Made by a program: the position numbers and the translations under genes | NCBI GenBank assembly: GCA_963924565.1 | Contig: OZ004609.1 | Coordinates: forward strand, 37,262,001-37,326,000 | Source of the DNA: Ascidiella aspersa | Lineage: Eukaryota | Direction of reading: 5' to 3' | Length of the DNA: 64,000 nucleotides | In this document: in pieces, positions 11,868 through 23,663 of the stretch | How positions within the stretch are numbered: the stretch's first letter is position 1 | Layout: each line of letters starts with the position of its first letter | Notes under the pieces: model-generated | What the model was told of the DNA's origin: nothing | What the model saw: the letters and a program-made list of their open reading frames with translations, nothing else | Database searches by the model: none

Positions 11868-12750
11868 TTGTTGGCAACTGTACCGAAACTGCTAGTTATT
11901 GCCTTAAACTTGCTGGCCACTTTACCGAAACTGCTTGTTATTGCCCTAAACTTGCTGGCAACTGTACCGAAACTGCTAGTTATTGCCCTAAACTTGCTGG
12001 CCACTGTACCGAAACTGCTTGTTATTGCCCTAAACTTGCTGGCAACTGTACCAAAACTGCTAGTTATTGCCCTAAACTTGCTGGCCACTTTACCGAAACT
12101 GCTAGTTATTACCCCAAATTTTCTGGCCACTTTATCGAAACTGCTAGTTATTGCCCTAAACTTGCTGGCCACTTTACCGAAACTGCTTGTTATTGCCCTA
12201 AACTTGCTGGCAACTGTACCGAAACTGCTTGTTATTTCCCTAAACTTGCTGGCAACTGTACCGAAACTGCTAGTTATTGCCCTAAACTTGCTGGCCACTT
12301 TACCGAAACTGCTAGTTATTGCCCTAAACTTGCTGGCAACTCTACCGAAACTGCTTGTTATTGCCCTAAACTTGCTGGCAACTGTACCGAAACTGCTAGT
12401 TATTGCCTTAAACTTGCTGGCCACTTTACCGAAGCTGCTAGTTATTACCCTAAACTTGCTGGCCACTTTATCAAAACTGCTAATTATTACCCCAAATTTG
12501 CTGGCCACTTTACCGAAACTGCTAGTTATTACCCTAAACTTGCTGACCACTTTACCGAAACTGCTCGTTATTGCCCTAAACTTGCTGGCGACTTTACCGA
12601 AACTGCTAGTTATTGCCCTAAACTTGCTGGCGACTTTACCGGAACTGCTAGATATTGCCCTAAACTTGCTGGCGACTTTACCGAAACTGCTAGTTATTGC
12701 CCTAAACTTGCTGGCGACTTTACCGAAACTGCTCGTTATTACTTTGAACT
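11868..12750. repeat. 42-bp minisatellite, about 21 copies, directly after the gene 1 stop codon
   Basis: Unit ctgctagttattgccctaaacttgctggc(a/c)act(g/t)taccgaaa. Confidence 0.95.
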
Positions 12751-15286
12751 TAAGTGTACCGTATTAATTATTTCACATACTTCTTGGCACATGTGCCGAG
12801 CCTCGAAGAATTGTACTTAACTTATCAGCAACGAACGGAAATATCTAGCTGCCCCAAAGTTGCTGGCAACTGTACCTTAAAAGTTGGTTATTACACCGAA
12901 TTTCATAACAACTACCCTAACCGGTTTCCAGCAAAATAGACTATGCTTGCAAAATGTACCGAAGCTGTTAAAATTCTGCTAAATTTGCTGATAATTGTAG
13001 GAAAGCGCTGGTTACTGAACTGCTTTTGTCGCCAATGCTGCTGAATGTTTATCGGCTTATCTGCTTCAAACATAAACCCAAAGTATACAATTCCATAGTT
13101 TATATATTTGTAATACGTTTTCGACAAAAGATATTTGGTGAGAATATTACGTTAAGATTTATTAATGTTTAGATTAACTATCCTGTTAGTTACGAAGAAC
13201 GGTATCACGTTGGGTACTTTATGTTCCCATCGCAAGTTTGTTGCGATGTAAGGCGGTTGTTTATTTTTAGTGATTTTTAATAGTTACTTAGCCCTATTGG
13301 CCTGGCGTGACATAAAATGGCGCTCCAACAGGCTTCAACTTCGCCCTCTGTGTTATACAATGCTCGCCTACTGTCAATCGTGCGTACGCCGCTTTATATG
13401 CAACTGTATTCTCGCGCTTTTGTAAATAACTTAATAAACAGCCTATTTGCGCGCACTTCTTGTGTGTTTTTAGTTTAAGCATGATTTTGCAATAAATGAG
13501 ATGTTGCTACCAGCAGGGATGCGGACCTAGGACTCGATTGAATCGGTTTGTTTCGCTTTGATGAATATTCACCTTAGTTTAGTTAAGCAACTGGGTGAAA
13601 TACAGACTGTAGAGTCGCAGCTCGACTCGGGACTCGACGAAATAAGTCGGACTCGGGACTCGCGAGTCGGACTCTGGTATAATTTTTGGCCCAAATTGGA
13701 TGCGGTTTATTGTTAATCGATTATGGCTAAGAGTTATAACATTTCGCTTTTGGAAATCATGTTATATCCAGCGTGTTCAACTAATACAAGGATCCTAAGG
13801 GTTAATGACCCCTAACGCTCAAAATCACTGATTTGTTTGCAAGTTGCAAAATTAAAAACAAATGAATTGTATTCAACGAGATATTAAGCCTTCGACTGAA
13901 TGAAGTAAGTTGCACAGCTGTAGCAGAAAGTAAGATGGGATATAATGAATTTACAGTTTTATTAATTGGGTACTTCATTCGAATCTGTTAAAAATTACCT
14001 AATTTTTCAAATACGCTGGATGCCTTCGGAAAGGTGAATTATATAATGTGTGGCGTTATGGTTGGCCAGTACGACTCCCAGCAGGGCATCACAGAACACA
14101 CAGTGTGTATATATAAACTGAATACATATATATATATATATATGTAAAAACTTCAATTTAGTTTCCTTGCTTAATCAAACAATCGTTTTGCAAATAAACT
14201 TCTAAATAAACATTTCTATAAAAAATCTTGAGAAAACATTGACAGCAACCCGAGTAGGTAGCTTTACTCAAGTGGTCGTCGCTTTTATCACAAATAGAAA
14301 ACGAAAATACGTGTTTGTTTTTACTTAGGCGCATAATGATTCGAAGTTGTAGTACGACGTAGTAAGAATATTAAGCCAATAAAGAATCGTTAGCATTAAA
14401 TGTACTTCCTTGTTTTAAGTCAGTTCTTTAAAAACACTCTATTTTTACTTACTTTTCAATAAATACATCATTCTATAGGTCGCATTAATTCTAAAAAGAA
14501 GATAAATATTTATGAGCAACCGTTCACAGTTCCTCGCGAAGCTACAAAAGTTCGTAACAGCCTGCGGCCATTCTACAAACTCCAGCATTTGGTCGCAAAG
14601 CACTGGTTGTGAAACAGCGGCTCGTTACTTGACAGACTAAGCTCTACAAAATATACAAGCAGCAAATAGGGAAGCAGATCAGGAATTAAGTCCTGGGTAA
14701 AATACAACGCAAAACTATGTAGCAGATGAGATAAAACGAATTTTAGACGTTTTGTTTTTCAAGCCAGTAATATTATACTATGTTTGTTAATTTGTTAATC
14801 AACAGAAGTGTGAACACAACATGATGCAACGGCTACCTACCAAGTGAAGTTATAGTCAAAATAATGTTTAAATAAACTGAAATGTCTTAGTCGTTCCTGT
14901 GGGATTACCGCAAAAGTTTGTCATGCCAAATTAAGTTAGCTTATTTGGTTTCTAGACATAACTGGGATGTATTTCAAGACTCAAGCCCAAAGTGGCAGAC
15001 AGCATTGGTGAAAAGCCAATTCAGAAGTTGAGCTTAGAAAGAAATATTCAAATATTCTTCAGCTTAGAAGAATATTTAAAGCCTTTTCGTGACAACAAAT
15101 TAAGCCAAAATTCTTCATTTTTTTGTCGCGTTCCTAAAAAAATTAGATGCTAAAGTTAAAAATAAACACAGCTTGACATAGTTTATGTATTTTTTTCCCT
15201 GTAATTCCTCTTTAACTATTATAAGTCTTAAAACTTTATTTTTTTGTTAGCTTCTATATAACCCACAGAAAAAAACTTGCCTTAAA

Positions 15287-15436
15287 ATGATTTTACGGCA
15301 CGTCGTTGCACTTGTCATAATGCTGCCTCCATTGGTCACCTGCTGTCCACTCGGATGTACTTGTACAAAGCAAATTGCAAGTTGCGAAAGCTCAGATTTC
15401 GACTCCGTTCCTCGGGGATTCCCCGACCACATAACC
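15287..15436 (+). CDS. Gene 2 exon 1: signal peptide + LRRNT of an LRR single-pass membrane protein
   Basis: MILRHVVALVIMLPPLVTCCPLGCTCTKQIASCESSDFDSVPRGFPDHIT (CPxxCxC...C...VP cap). Donor ACC|GTAAGT, phase 0. Not in the ORF track. Confidence 0.9.
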
Positions 15437-17705
15437 GTAAGTGTCGTTTCATAGGGAGCCATTAGTAAAAGTAAGTCGGGATGGTACTAGACAGCGTTAC
15501 GGTAAAATAATGTTTGCAGGTACGACGTACCGGTTGCAAAGTTGATAAAATAATAATAATAATAATTTTATTATTATTTTTGTTAATATCGGGATCATAG
15601 CTTGCCTAACACTTCCAGTTGTTGATCTTTTGTTCTTATCGTAATATCCAAACAAAACCACAAATAATATAAAAAAAATCTCAACCAACTGAACTCATTA
15701 AAAGCAGAATAGTATAGTTACGCAAATTTATATCAAAAGTTCTGCATCGAATCTTAATTCGAATAAATTTCATTCAAATAACCTTTGTCGTTGTGATATA
15801 ACGGTAAAAAACGTCCTTTTTTACGGCGCCATTCCGATATTTCCTATGTTTATTTAAATTAAGATTTCAGTTGTATATTTGTGCACGACATCAAACGGTT
15901 ACCACAGTTTTCCTATCAAAGAAGATATCTCCTCGCCCTAAAGCACGTTAATGACGACAATGACTTCGAATGTTAGCAATATACTTTAGACTTTGTTGTC
16001 TGAGTCAAAATCAGTCATTTATAAGTCGAAAGTATATTGTATATATATTTTCCTATAAGGTTGCTTGTTTTTAACGTCTCGTAATGACGTAAGCTTGTAA
16101 AGCAGTCTGTGATATGCCGGCAAGATTTTTTAAGAAACCCGGTAAGAAACTTGTTCTACTTTCATTTCTATTGTGAACACACAAGAACATACAAAGCCAC
16201 AATATATAAAGGGAAATGATCTATGATACCGTGGTATTGAGACCAATGACATAATAAAGCTAAATATGCAATAATATCCAATACGGAGTAAGATCTAAAA
16301 TCGTCTAAATAAGCCACAAACATGTCGGAATAAGTCTTAAACTCGCCTGGATAGCATCACAGGCTGTTGGACAAAAAAAATAAAAAAATACTAACACTTA
16401 AAACCGTATGAAGAGGGTAGGGGTTATTGGGAGTTGTGGCATCGGCGGTCCGCATCGACGTTTTAACAGGAACAATCAAAGCACCCTTAAAAGTTGAAAT
16501 TAATTAAAAAAAACCTTAAAAGTTAAATTAATTAATTCTAGCTAAGTGTTAAGGACTCCAGTTATCAACCACTAGTTTAATTTATTACCTTATTAAAGAC
16601 ATCTTTGCTCAAACACTTCAATTTCATCTTGGACGTAAAACTGCATCAGTTTCTTGTTCTTTAACCAACGTTTAAATTCAACAAGTTATTTCTAACCTGT
16701 GCCACAATAGTCCTAACTACTAGTGATTAGCAGCACACTCCAAGCTTGTTGCAAAAGCACAAAACCCTAATAATCAAAATGCTTCAAGCGATACACGTGC
16801 ACGTCTTATACACTTTGCACGCCTTTGCAGCCGCGTGACTAGAATGTGCGTACAGTAAGACGTGGTCACGTGACTTAAATACAAGAGGTGGTCAATTGAC
16901 CAACCAGTTCTCCTCTATGTTTTCCCCAACTCAAGTAAACTGAACCAGGATGTTTTACTGTCAAACATCTCAATAATAACAGAAATTAATTACCCAACCC
17001 GCACTTCGCCCTATTTCTGCTGTTTATGTTTAGCTAATATTTCACGGGTTGAGAAATTTCTGTCGCCGTTTAAATGTTAACTTAATTTATTGATTATTTG
17101 TATTAAAGCGCAAAATTCTGTCGTAAAATAGCAAATTCCAATCGTCTTGTAAAAACTTTAATTACAAATATCTGAAAACGCTTATCAAAGAGTAATTATC
17201 TTTTGGTTTTTAAACGTTTGGTTACATGGCAAATGTTAATATCTTGTAGCAGTAAAATAGATTTTTGCTTAATCATGAATCTCAAAGCCGCGAAGGCCGA
17301 GCAAATAGACATTATCTTGATAAGACGTTTCACGAACATGTATCATTTTCAGTTAGTTATTATATTATTAATCTATACGACAGATCCGTACATAGTTCAC
17401 CTATATAGATTGACACTATTAAAACATCTTAAAAGATATATAAATGTATTTCGCCAGCAAAGGCATTGTCACTATTGCTTAATTTGAATAAATAGTAATG
17501 CATTTAATTGACAAAAAAATATATATATAAATATATTTTAAGGTCTTTTAATAGTGTCTGATCAGAATTGCTAGCTTTGCTATAATATTCTAGTGTTACT
17601 GATCAGTAGTTAAGGTCGACATTTATCTTGCAAAGTTCAATTTCCAATATCACATATTCAGCGCAACACATATTTCACTTTTTTAAGTTTTGTTTTATCT
17701 CACAG

Positions 17706-18083
17706 GAGCTGACACTCTTGGACAATAAGATCCAGCAAATCAACTCAGAATCGTTTCCGAAAGATTTACCCCTCGTCAAAATCGACTTGGCGCAAAACCA
17801 AATCTCACAATTAGCGCCCGACACCTTTGTTACGTCAGACGAACTATCGGAGAACAATGGCGGCGAAATGTACAAATCTCTAAAAAGTCTATCGCTCCGG
17901 ACCAACAGGCTCTCTCTCGTGCCCACTAAAGCATTGGATAAATTGAGGAACCTTGAAGAACTCTCGTTAGCCCGAAACCGCATCAAGCTTCTAAAATCCC
18001 AGTCTTTCGTTGGAATGTCGAATCTTGTGAAACTGAATCTGTCTTCAAATTCCATTGGGATGATTGCAACAGATGCTTTTGAG
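17706..18083 (+). CDS. Gene 2 exon 2: leucine-rich repeats
   Basis: ctcacAG|GAG...GAG|GTTAAA, phase 0, with LxxLxLxxNxL repeats. Confidence 0.92.
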
Positions 18084-18618
18084 GTTAAATAACAAACGAG
18101 TTTTAATATATATATATTAACGATATGTGGAAAATAAATAAAGAGTTACTCGAAGCGTTAACAAAATGTTATTTCTAAACGGCCTTTGATAAGCTTATTA
18201 CATCTTACAACGACCTCTAACCATTATGCTCTAAAAGTATATATATTTTTTTAATCCGATATTATACAAAATAGTCCTTTATTTAACTTGTTTAGTATTA
18301 CATTGTCAAATTTTGTAAAAATTGGCTAAAAAAATGACTTTTTATCTTGATGTATAGTCGTATTTGTCTTATTTTTAAATTGAAAACAAGTGTTGACAAA
18401 TTGTTTTGATAAATTTTTAGTTGTTGTGTTTTGATATTTTACAACATGAGATAAAATTGTTAAAAAGAATTTTTTATTTAAAATTTAGGAAAAATGAAAC
18501 ATACTGACATAGTAGTTCAGCTAAAGCGTTTGTAATAGGCTTAGTTGAAGAAACAAACGTATAAAGTTGTATAAATGTACAAAGTTTAACTATTTCTAAT
18601 TTATATTATTTTATTAAG

Positions 18619-18711
18619 GGACTCCATGACCTTGAGTCGCTTGACCTTTCATCGAACGCGTTAAACGTGTTATCCCCGAACATGTTAGGACATCTATCTT
18701 CACTTAAACAG
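18619..18711 (+). CDS. Gene 2 exon 3: LRR (GLHDLESLDLSSNALNVLSPNMLGHLSSLKQ)
   Basis: ttattaAG|GGA...CAG|GTGATA, phase 0, canonical LRR. Confidence 0.88.
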
Positions 18712-18721
18712 GTGATAACAG

Positions 18722-19002
18722 ACTTGATAATGAATCTCGAAGCCAAAAAGGTTGAGTAAATCGACGGCATCTTGATAAAGACGTTTCGATACAAACTTTA
18801 TGTTCAGTTAATGTGACTGAGAAGCAATTCAAGCATCACTTATAAGAGATGGGACGCAATTGTTGTCAGTCTGAGTTTCGAGAGTTATTGTTTTTACAAA
18901 CTCGTATCGAAACGTCTTAATCAAGATGATGTCGATCTACTCGACTTTTTTGGCTTTAAGATTCATTATCAAGCCACATTGAAGATCCGTGCATATTGTA
19001 CC
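18722..19002. mobile_element. Foldback repeat family A (long inverted arms + one-sided tail)
   Basis: Arms gccaaaaagg..gagtagatcgac..catcttgattaagacgtttcgatac and its reverse complement, tail agatccgtgcata.tgtacc. Other copies at about 7545-7800, 17268-17405, 23443-23663, 32400-32558, 44989-45133. Confidence 0.85.
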
Positions 19003-19528
19003 TGATCACAAACCGTTTCAAAGTCTAATAATCTTTATACTTGTTTGGGTTTATTTTCCATAGAGTCTGTCGATTACTTCAATGATTTAGAATTTTCTAA
19101 ATCTTGATATTTAATTCCGATACCGATATTCGATATTTGAGCAAAAAGTATCGCGATCCGATCCGATATCAATGACGTCATTACTGCAATTAGCATACGA
19201 AACCATTGGCAACAGGTTTCTCTTTGTCGCTTTGCTTACGCGTTTAAATAAAACATAAAGCGAGTAAAACACTCATGGTCTACAATGAAGTGGTGTACTT
19301 AGTCCCTATAACGTAAAATCATTTGTAGGCAAACCAAGAAAGAAATGCTCTAACTATGGGTTAGCAGTGATTCAAAACCTGAAAACTGCTGCTAATAGTT
19401 GTCACTACAATAAAGTTTTCTCCCAAGTATTAAAATGAGGTTTAAACTCAAACTACCGAATGAAATCACCCTGAAAAGCTGTTTTCGTCCTAGATGCGTT
19501 ATATACATGTATTTATCTTTTTCCCCAG

Positions 19529-19726
19529 CTTATCTTGTCTCGTAACGGCATCAACAAAATCCACCCTCTCTCATTCGATCACTTTCCCGGTTTGTGCGAG
19601 CTTCGTTTGGACACGAACAAGATCCGAGGGTTGGAGGATCGAACCTTCGCGACGGTGGGAGAGGGTTTGGAAAATCTAAACCTCGCGAGGAACCAGATCA
19701 AGAAACTTACAGCCTCAACTTTTAGG
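19529..19726 (+). CDS. Gene 2 exon 4: LRRs
   Basis: ttccccAG|CTT...AGG|GTGAGA, phase 0. LILSRNGI / LRLDTNKI / LNLARNQI. Confidence 0.92.
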
Positions 19727-20299
19727 GTGAGATAACTGAGGAATGAAACTACAGATTTTGGGACTGTTAATGTTGTTTTGAAGCAACGGCGAAAGTAATT
19801 TTCAAGACCTGCTTTTGGAGCATATTGTTGGAGGTTGTAGTAAGACGTAGTAAAAAATAACTTAGCCCATATAGAAGTAGGTATGATTTTGGACGTTTTT
19901 GAACTTTGTGTTTATTTTCCAACACCTACCAAAAATGAAATAAAGATGTGGAAAATAAATAAATTAGAAAAACACTGGACCAAAACAGTGGAATACAGAC
20001 ACCATAGAAATTTAAATTTCACAAAGCGAATTGTAACAAATTTACGATTTTAAAACAATTTTTATTTATGAAAACTTGTTTTAAAAAAGTCAAACGCCCA
20101 TCATGTTTTTTGAATTATATTAACTTTTATCTAAAAAAATAACTATTCTGTTCATTTTATGTCCGAGGAAATTTATGAGTGTGTATATCTAATTAAAAAC
20201 TTTTGAACCACTTTTTATTGCACTTCTTTTGATTTTATTCCATCTTATTTTAAGCTGCGTCTTATTGCGTAATCAATGACATCATCATGATTATTTCAG

Positions 20300-21133
20300 G
20301 GCATTCGCAATCTGCACACCCTCGAACTCAGCCACAATCTGCTGAGTCATGCCTTCGAAGATTCGGTGACTAAGGGGATTTTCAGTTACTTAACTTCTCT
20401 CAAAAAACTGAAACTCGATTCAAACCGGATCGAAATTGTGACGTCACAGTCGGTTGCGTGGCAGGGACTTTACCAACTTCGCGAACTCTCGCTGGCAGGA
20501 AATTTAGTGAAAAGTCTCCCCTCTTTTTACCCCCCGATATCTTTCTTCAACTTGGAAAGCTTAGATTTAAGCTCAAACCTGATTTCAACTTTGAACAGAA
20601 CGGTAATGAAGCCCTTTCCAACTTTGCGAGAACTTAAGCTGTCCGATAACGTCATGAATGACGTCAGTGATGACGCATTTGCCGACACAAAATCTTTGCG
20701 AAGTCTTTACTTTGAACGAAACCACTTACAAGTGCCACACTGGTCTTGGTTTGGCTCAAATCGCCACGAAACGAAACCAACTGATAAAAGTGCGTTCCAT
20801 GCGCACCTAGCGGGCAACCCGTGGTTGTGCGATTGCCGCACGATGGCGTTTGCACGTCACATTTTCGAATTGAACGACCAAAAACCTATAAACGTCGATA
20901 CCGATGTTATGGTGTGCGATCAACCGGAAAAGTACAAAGGTCAAAATGTAACCTCGTTTTTCATGACGTCGGATCTACATTGTGACGACACTGCTACGTC
21001 ATATTTAAGCCCCTTCGCTTTAGGTTTGTGTGGAGTAACTGCGTTAATTGTTATTTTGCTTGTGATGCTCGTTCGTTTTTATCGATTGAAACCAAGTAAT
21101 CAACTAAAAAAGCCGTTTTCTAAATATTTGTAA
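20300..21133 (+). CDS. Gene 2 last exon: LRRs, LRRCT, TM helix, short basic tail
   Basis: atttcAG|GGC. LRRCT motif LAGNPWLCDC...C..P...C, hydrophobic FALGLCGVTALIVILLVMLV, stop TAA, and AATAAA at about 21174. Confidence 0.95.
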   Translation, partial: GIRNLHTLELSHNLLSHAFEDSVTKGIFSYLTSLKKLKLDSNRIEIVTSQSVAWQGLYQLRELSLAGNLVKSLPSFYPPISFFNLESLDLSSNLISTLNRTVMKPFPTLRELKLSDNVMNDVSDDAFADTKSLRSLYFERNHLQVPHWSWFGSNRHETKPTDKSAFHAHLAGNPWLCDCRTMAFARHIFELNDQKPINVDTDVMVCDQPEKYKGQNVTSFFMTSDLHCDDTATSYLSPFALGLCGVTALIVILLVMLVRFYRLKPSNQLKKPFSKYL

Positions 21134-21173
21134 CCGTTTTTGTTTTTGCGCTGTTAGTGTTATAAAACTATGC

Positions 21174-21179
21174 AATAAA
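21174..21179 (+). promoter_or_regulatory. Candidate polyadenylation signal of gene 2
   Basis: AATAAA about 40 nt after the stop codon, followed by T/GT-rich sequence. Confidence 0.5.
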
Positions 21180-21316
21180 TATACAAAATATATAAAAAGT
21201 GTATTTATTGATGTCGGTATTTCTTAACCTGGATAATAAGTAAGCCCAAGTGGTATTTTTTTTATTTTTGACCTAATAAACTTTGACAAAAACACTGCTA
21301 AATGGTAATCTTAGAC

Positions 21317-21491
21317 CAGTGCTTTTTAACCTTTTTGCTGGAGTGAAACCGTATGGAAACATTCCACTGGCTCGAGGAACCCCAGTGTAATAAACACACT
21401 TTAATTAGCCAAACAAGTTAGAAATTGCGAAACCCCTGGCCTGTACTAGCGGAACCCTCAGGTTCCGCGGAACCCTGGTTGAAAACCACTG
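21317..21491. mobile_element. hAT (Charlie-like) MITE
   Basis: cagtgctttttaacc...ggttgaaaaccactg, internal ggaacc repeats, degenerate TSD tcttagac/ccttggac. Confidence 0.8.
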
Positions 21492-23442
21492 CCTTGGACC
21501 CTTAGAGGTATTTCATTTAGGACTACTAAGTTTTCTTTAGCGAGACTCTTTTTATTACATCTATACTGATAAATGAATGTTGGTAACATCAAGTAATTTC
21601 AGGTAAATGTGAAAAACTAAATTCGTTATGGGTGTACATATAAAAAGGTTTCAAACAATTGTTCTAGTAAGGTAAACTAACAATCTTATTCCTTTCTCAC
21701 AACATTTTTATCGCTATTTCTTGGCGCATATTAGGTAGATATTAGATATGCAGATCATCAATAATAAAGCAACTGCATGATGCATAATTTAAACACATAT
21801 ATGTTTCCTGCCGTATTAAATAAGATGTAAGCTTATTGAGCTCCAGCTGTTTGCATACCTCGTAACAAGCTTGATAAACCTATATAAAAGTTTAGTGTTT
21901 TAATGAAAAGTAACTTTTTTTCATCTACCTTAACTTGACTTTCCGGACAAATAACTTTGGTCGAAATGAAGTATCTTTTTTTAATTAGCATTTTTTTTAT
22001 AAAATCGGATTATTTGTCTAAAGTTTTGTACATACAACAATCTGTTTGGCATATGTCAAGTTTTTTTTATATTTAGTTGACTTATTGCTCATAATCGGAC
22101 GAGTTTACCATTTTAATAAGTTTAAGGTTTTAATATTTTATAAGGATTCTACATGGAATTGACTGGCTCTAGTTATGACTTGACTTGCGCAACTGATGAC
22201 TTGACTGGGACTTGACTTGTTATTTATTCGAAAAGACTTGACTTGGACTTGTTAGTTTACAAATGACTTAAATTTGTCTTATTTTATTCATCTTAAGGAC
22301 TTATTAAAAAATGGCTTGTTTCACAACACTGTCAAAATTTCCCATAAAATATTTGAGTGTTAACAGACAATGTCATGTTGTATAAAATTAGTGTATTTTA
22401 AACTACAATAAAATGAAAAAGAATTGCATAAACATTTCGGCGGGAAAAATAAAAAAAAGTTACTAAGATAGAAAAATTTAATCGTGCGATACACATATAA
22501 GTATCTATACATATAGTTACTTTGTTTAAGCAATGTACCGTTAGACTTTTACAAGGAAACTGTTAAAAATATGGATTTTCGTTATGCCAAAGAAAAGAAC
22601 TACATTTGATATCAGTATATGATCATAATAATTAACCGCTACTTAAAATATTTTCCAAATATTTGATGTAGTAAATTAAATGCGAGCTGTTTAAATAGTA
22701 GAAAACAATATCAAAGAGTTTTGTGCAAATTCAACAAAAATGCAATGCGAATAAATAAAAGAAACTTTTCGAGAGAAATCGTGACACAAAATCATTTTAA
22801 TAAACAACAGCGTTGCATCTGATAAGCTACAAAACATATCTTGTAAAACAATAAACGTTATTGTTGCATATCGCGTTTCTAAACAACGAAAAGAAGGGCG
22901 TGTTCAAGCAAGTGAACGAAACTAAAATATGAATTAACAAACTTAATATTTCTGTTTTTCAGTGGACTTTGTGCTACTACTAAGCACTTAACAATAAAAA
23001 GCATGAAAAAAGATTTAAAATTGTTTTACTAATTATTATATATTGACACTGTTGCTGAAAATAATAAACAAAATATGAGCAAACCATGTTTCAAAGGTTT
23101 TTGCGTATAGTTAACTATCTGTTAAAAATAACTTTTCCCACAAAATGCTCAAAACCAAGTTTTTGTCTGGTAGCCGTCCTGCATTTTTCTTCAACAATGG
23201 GAAATTTTCTTACGTCACAAAGTGGATTGTTGCAAAACAACCAGACGCGCGCGTTTGAAGTAAAGCACAAGTCAAGGCTTCCAGAAATAAATTTCAGCGT
23301 CCCCAAAATAACGGGAAAAGGGACTTTTCTTGACAAATGGCGTCATACGGCAAAAAATCCCGGCGCTGATAAAAGTGACCTTCGGACTTTTGGTTTGCCG
23401 AGATATTTCTTGGAAAATGTCAAATATTTGCACTTTAATTTA

Positions 23443-23663
23443 GGTAGACTATACACGGATCTGTAGTGTGTAGCTTGATATTAAATTGCAAAGCCAAAAA
23501 GGTCGAGTAGATCGACAGCATCTTGATTAAGACGTTTCGATACGAGCTTGTATCATTATCGGTTGAAATTCAATTTATTATGAACTGAAGATGATACAAG
23601 TTCGTATCGAAAAATCTTAATCAAGATGCTGCCGATTTACTCAACTTTTCCGCTTTGCAATTT
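23443..23663. mobile_element. Foldback repeat family A copy, reverse orientation
   Basis: Same arms, with the tail (cacggatctg) on the left side. Confidence 0.8.

Noticed and set aside
9515-12750. Regular repeats as possible CRISPR arrays
   Set aside because: Head-to-tail units without unique spacers, no cas genes, eukaryotic context.
11804-12767. Long ORFs of 248 aa (-) and 299 aa (+)
   Set aside because: Both are translations of a 42-bp (14-codon) minisatellite, with no ATG start and no unique domain.
20366-21133. Toll-like receptor or VLR call for gene 2
   Set aside because: No TIR domain, no Thr/Pro stalk or GPI-type C-terminus, and no flanking LRR cassettes seen.
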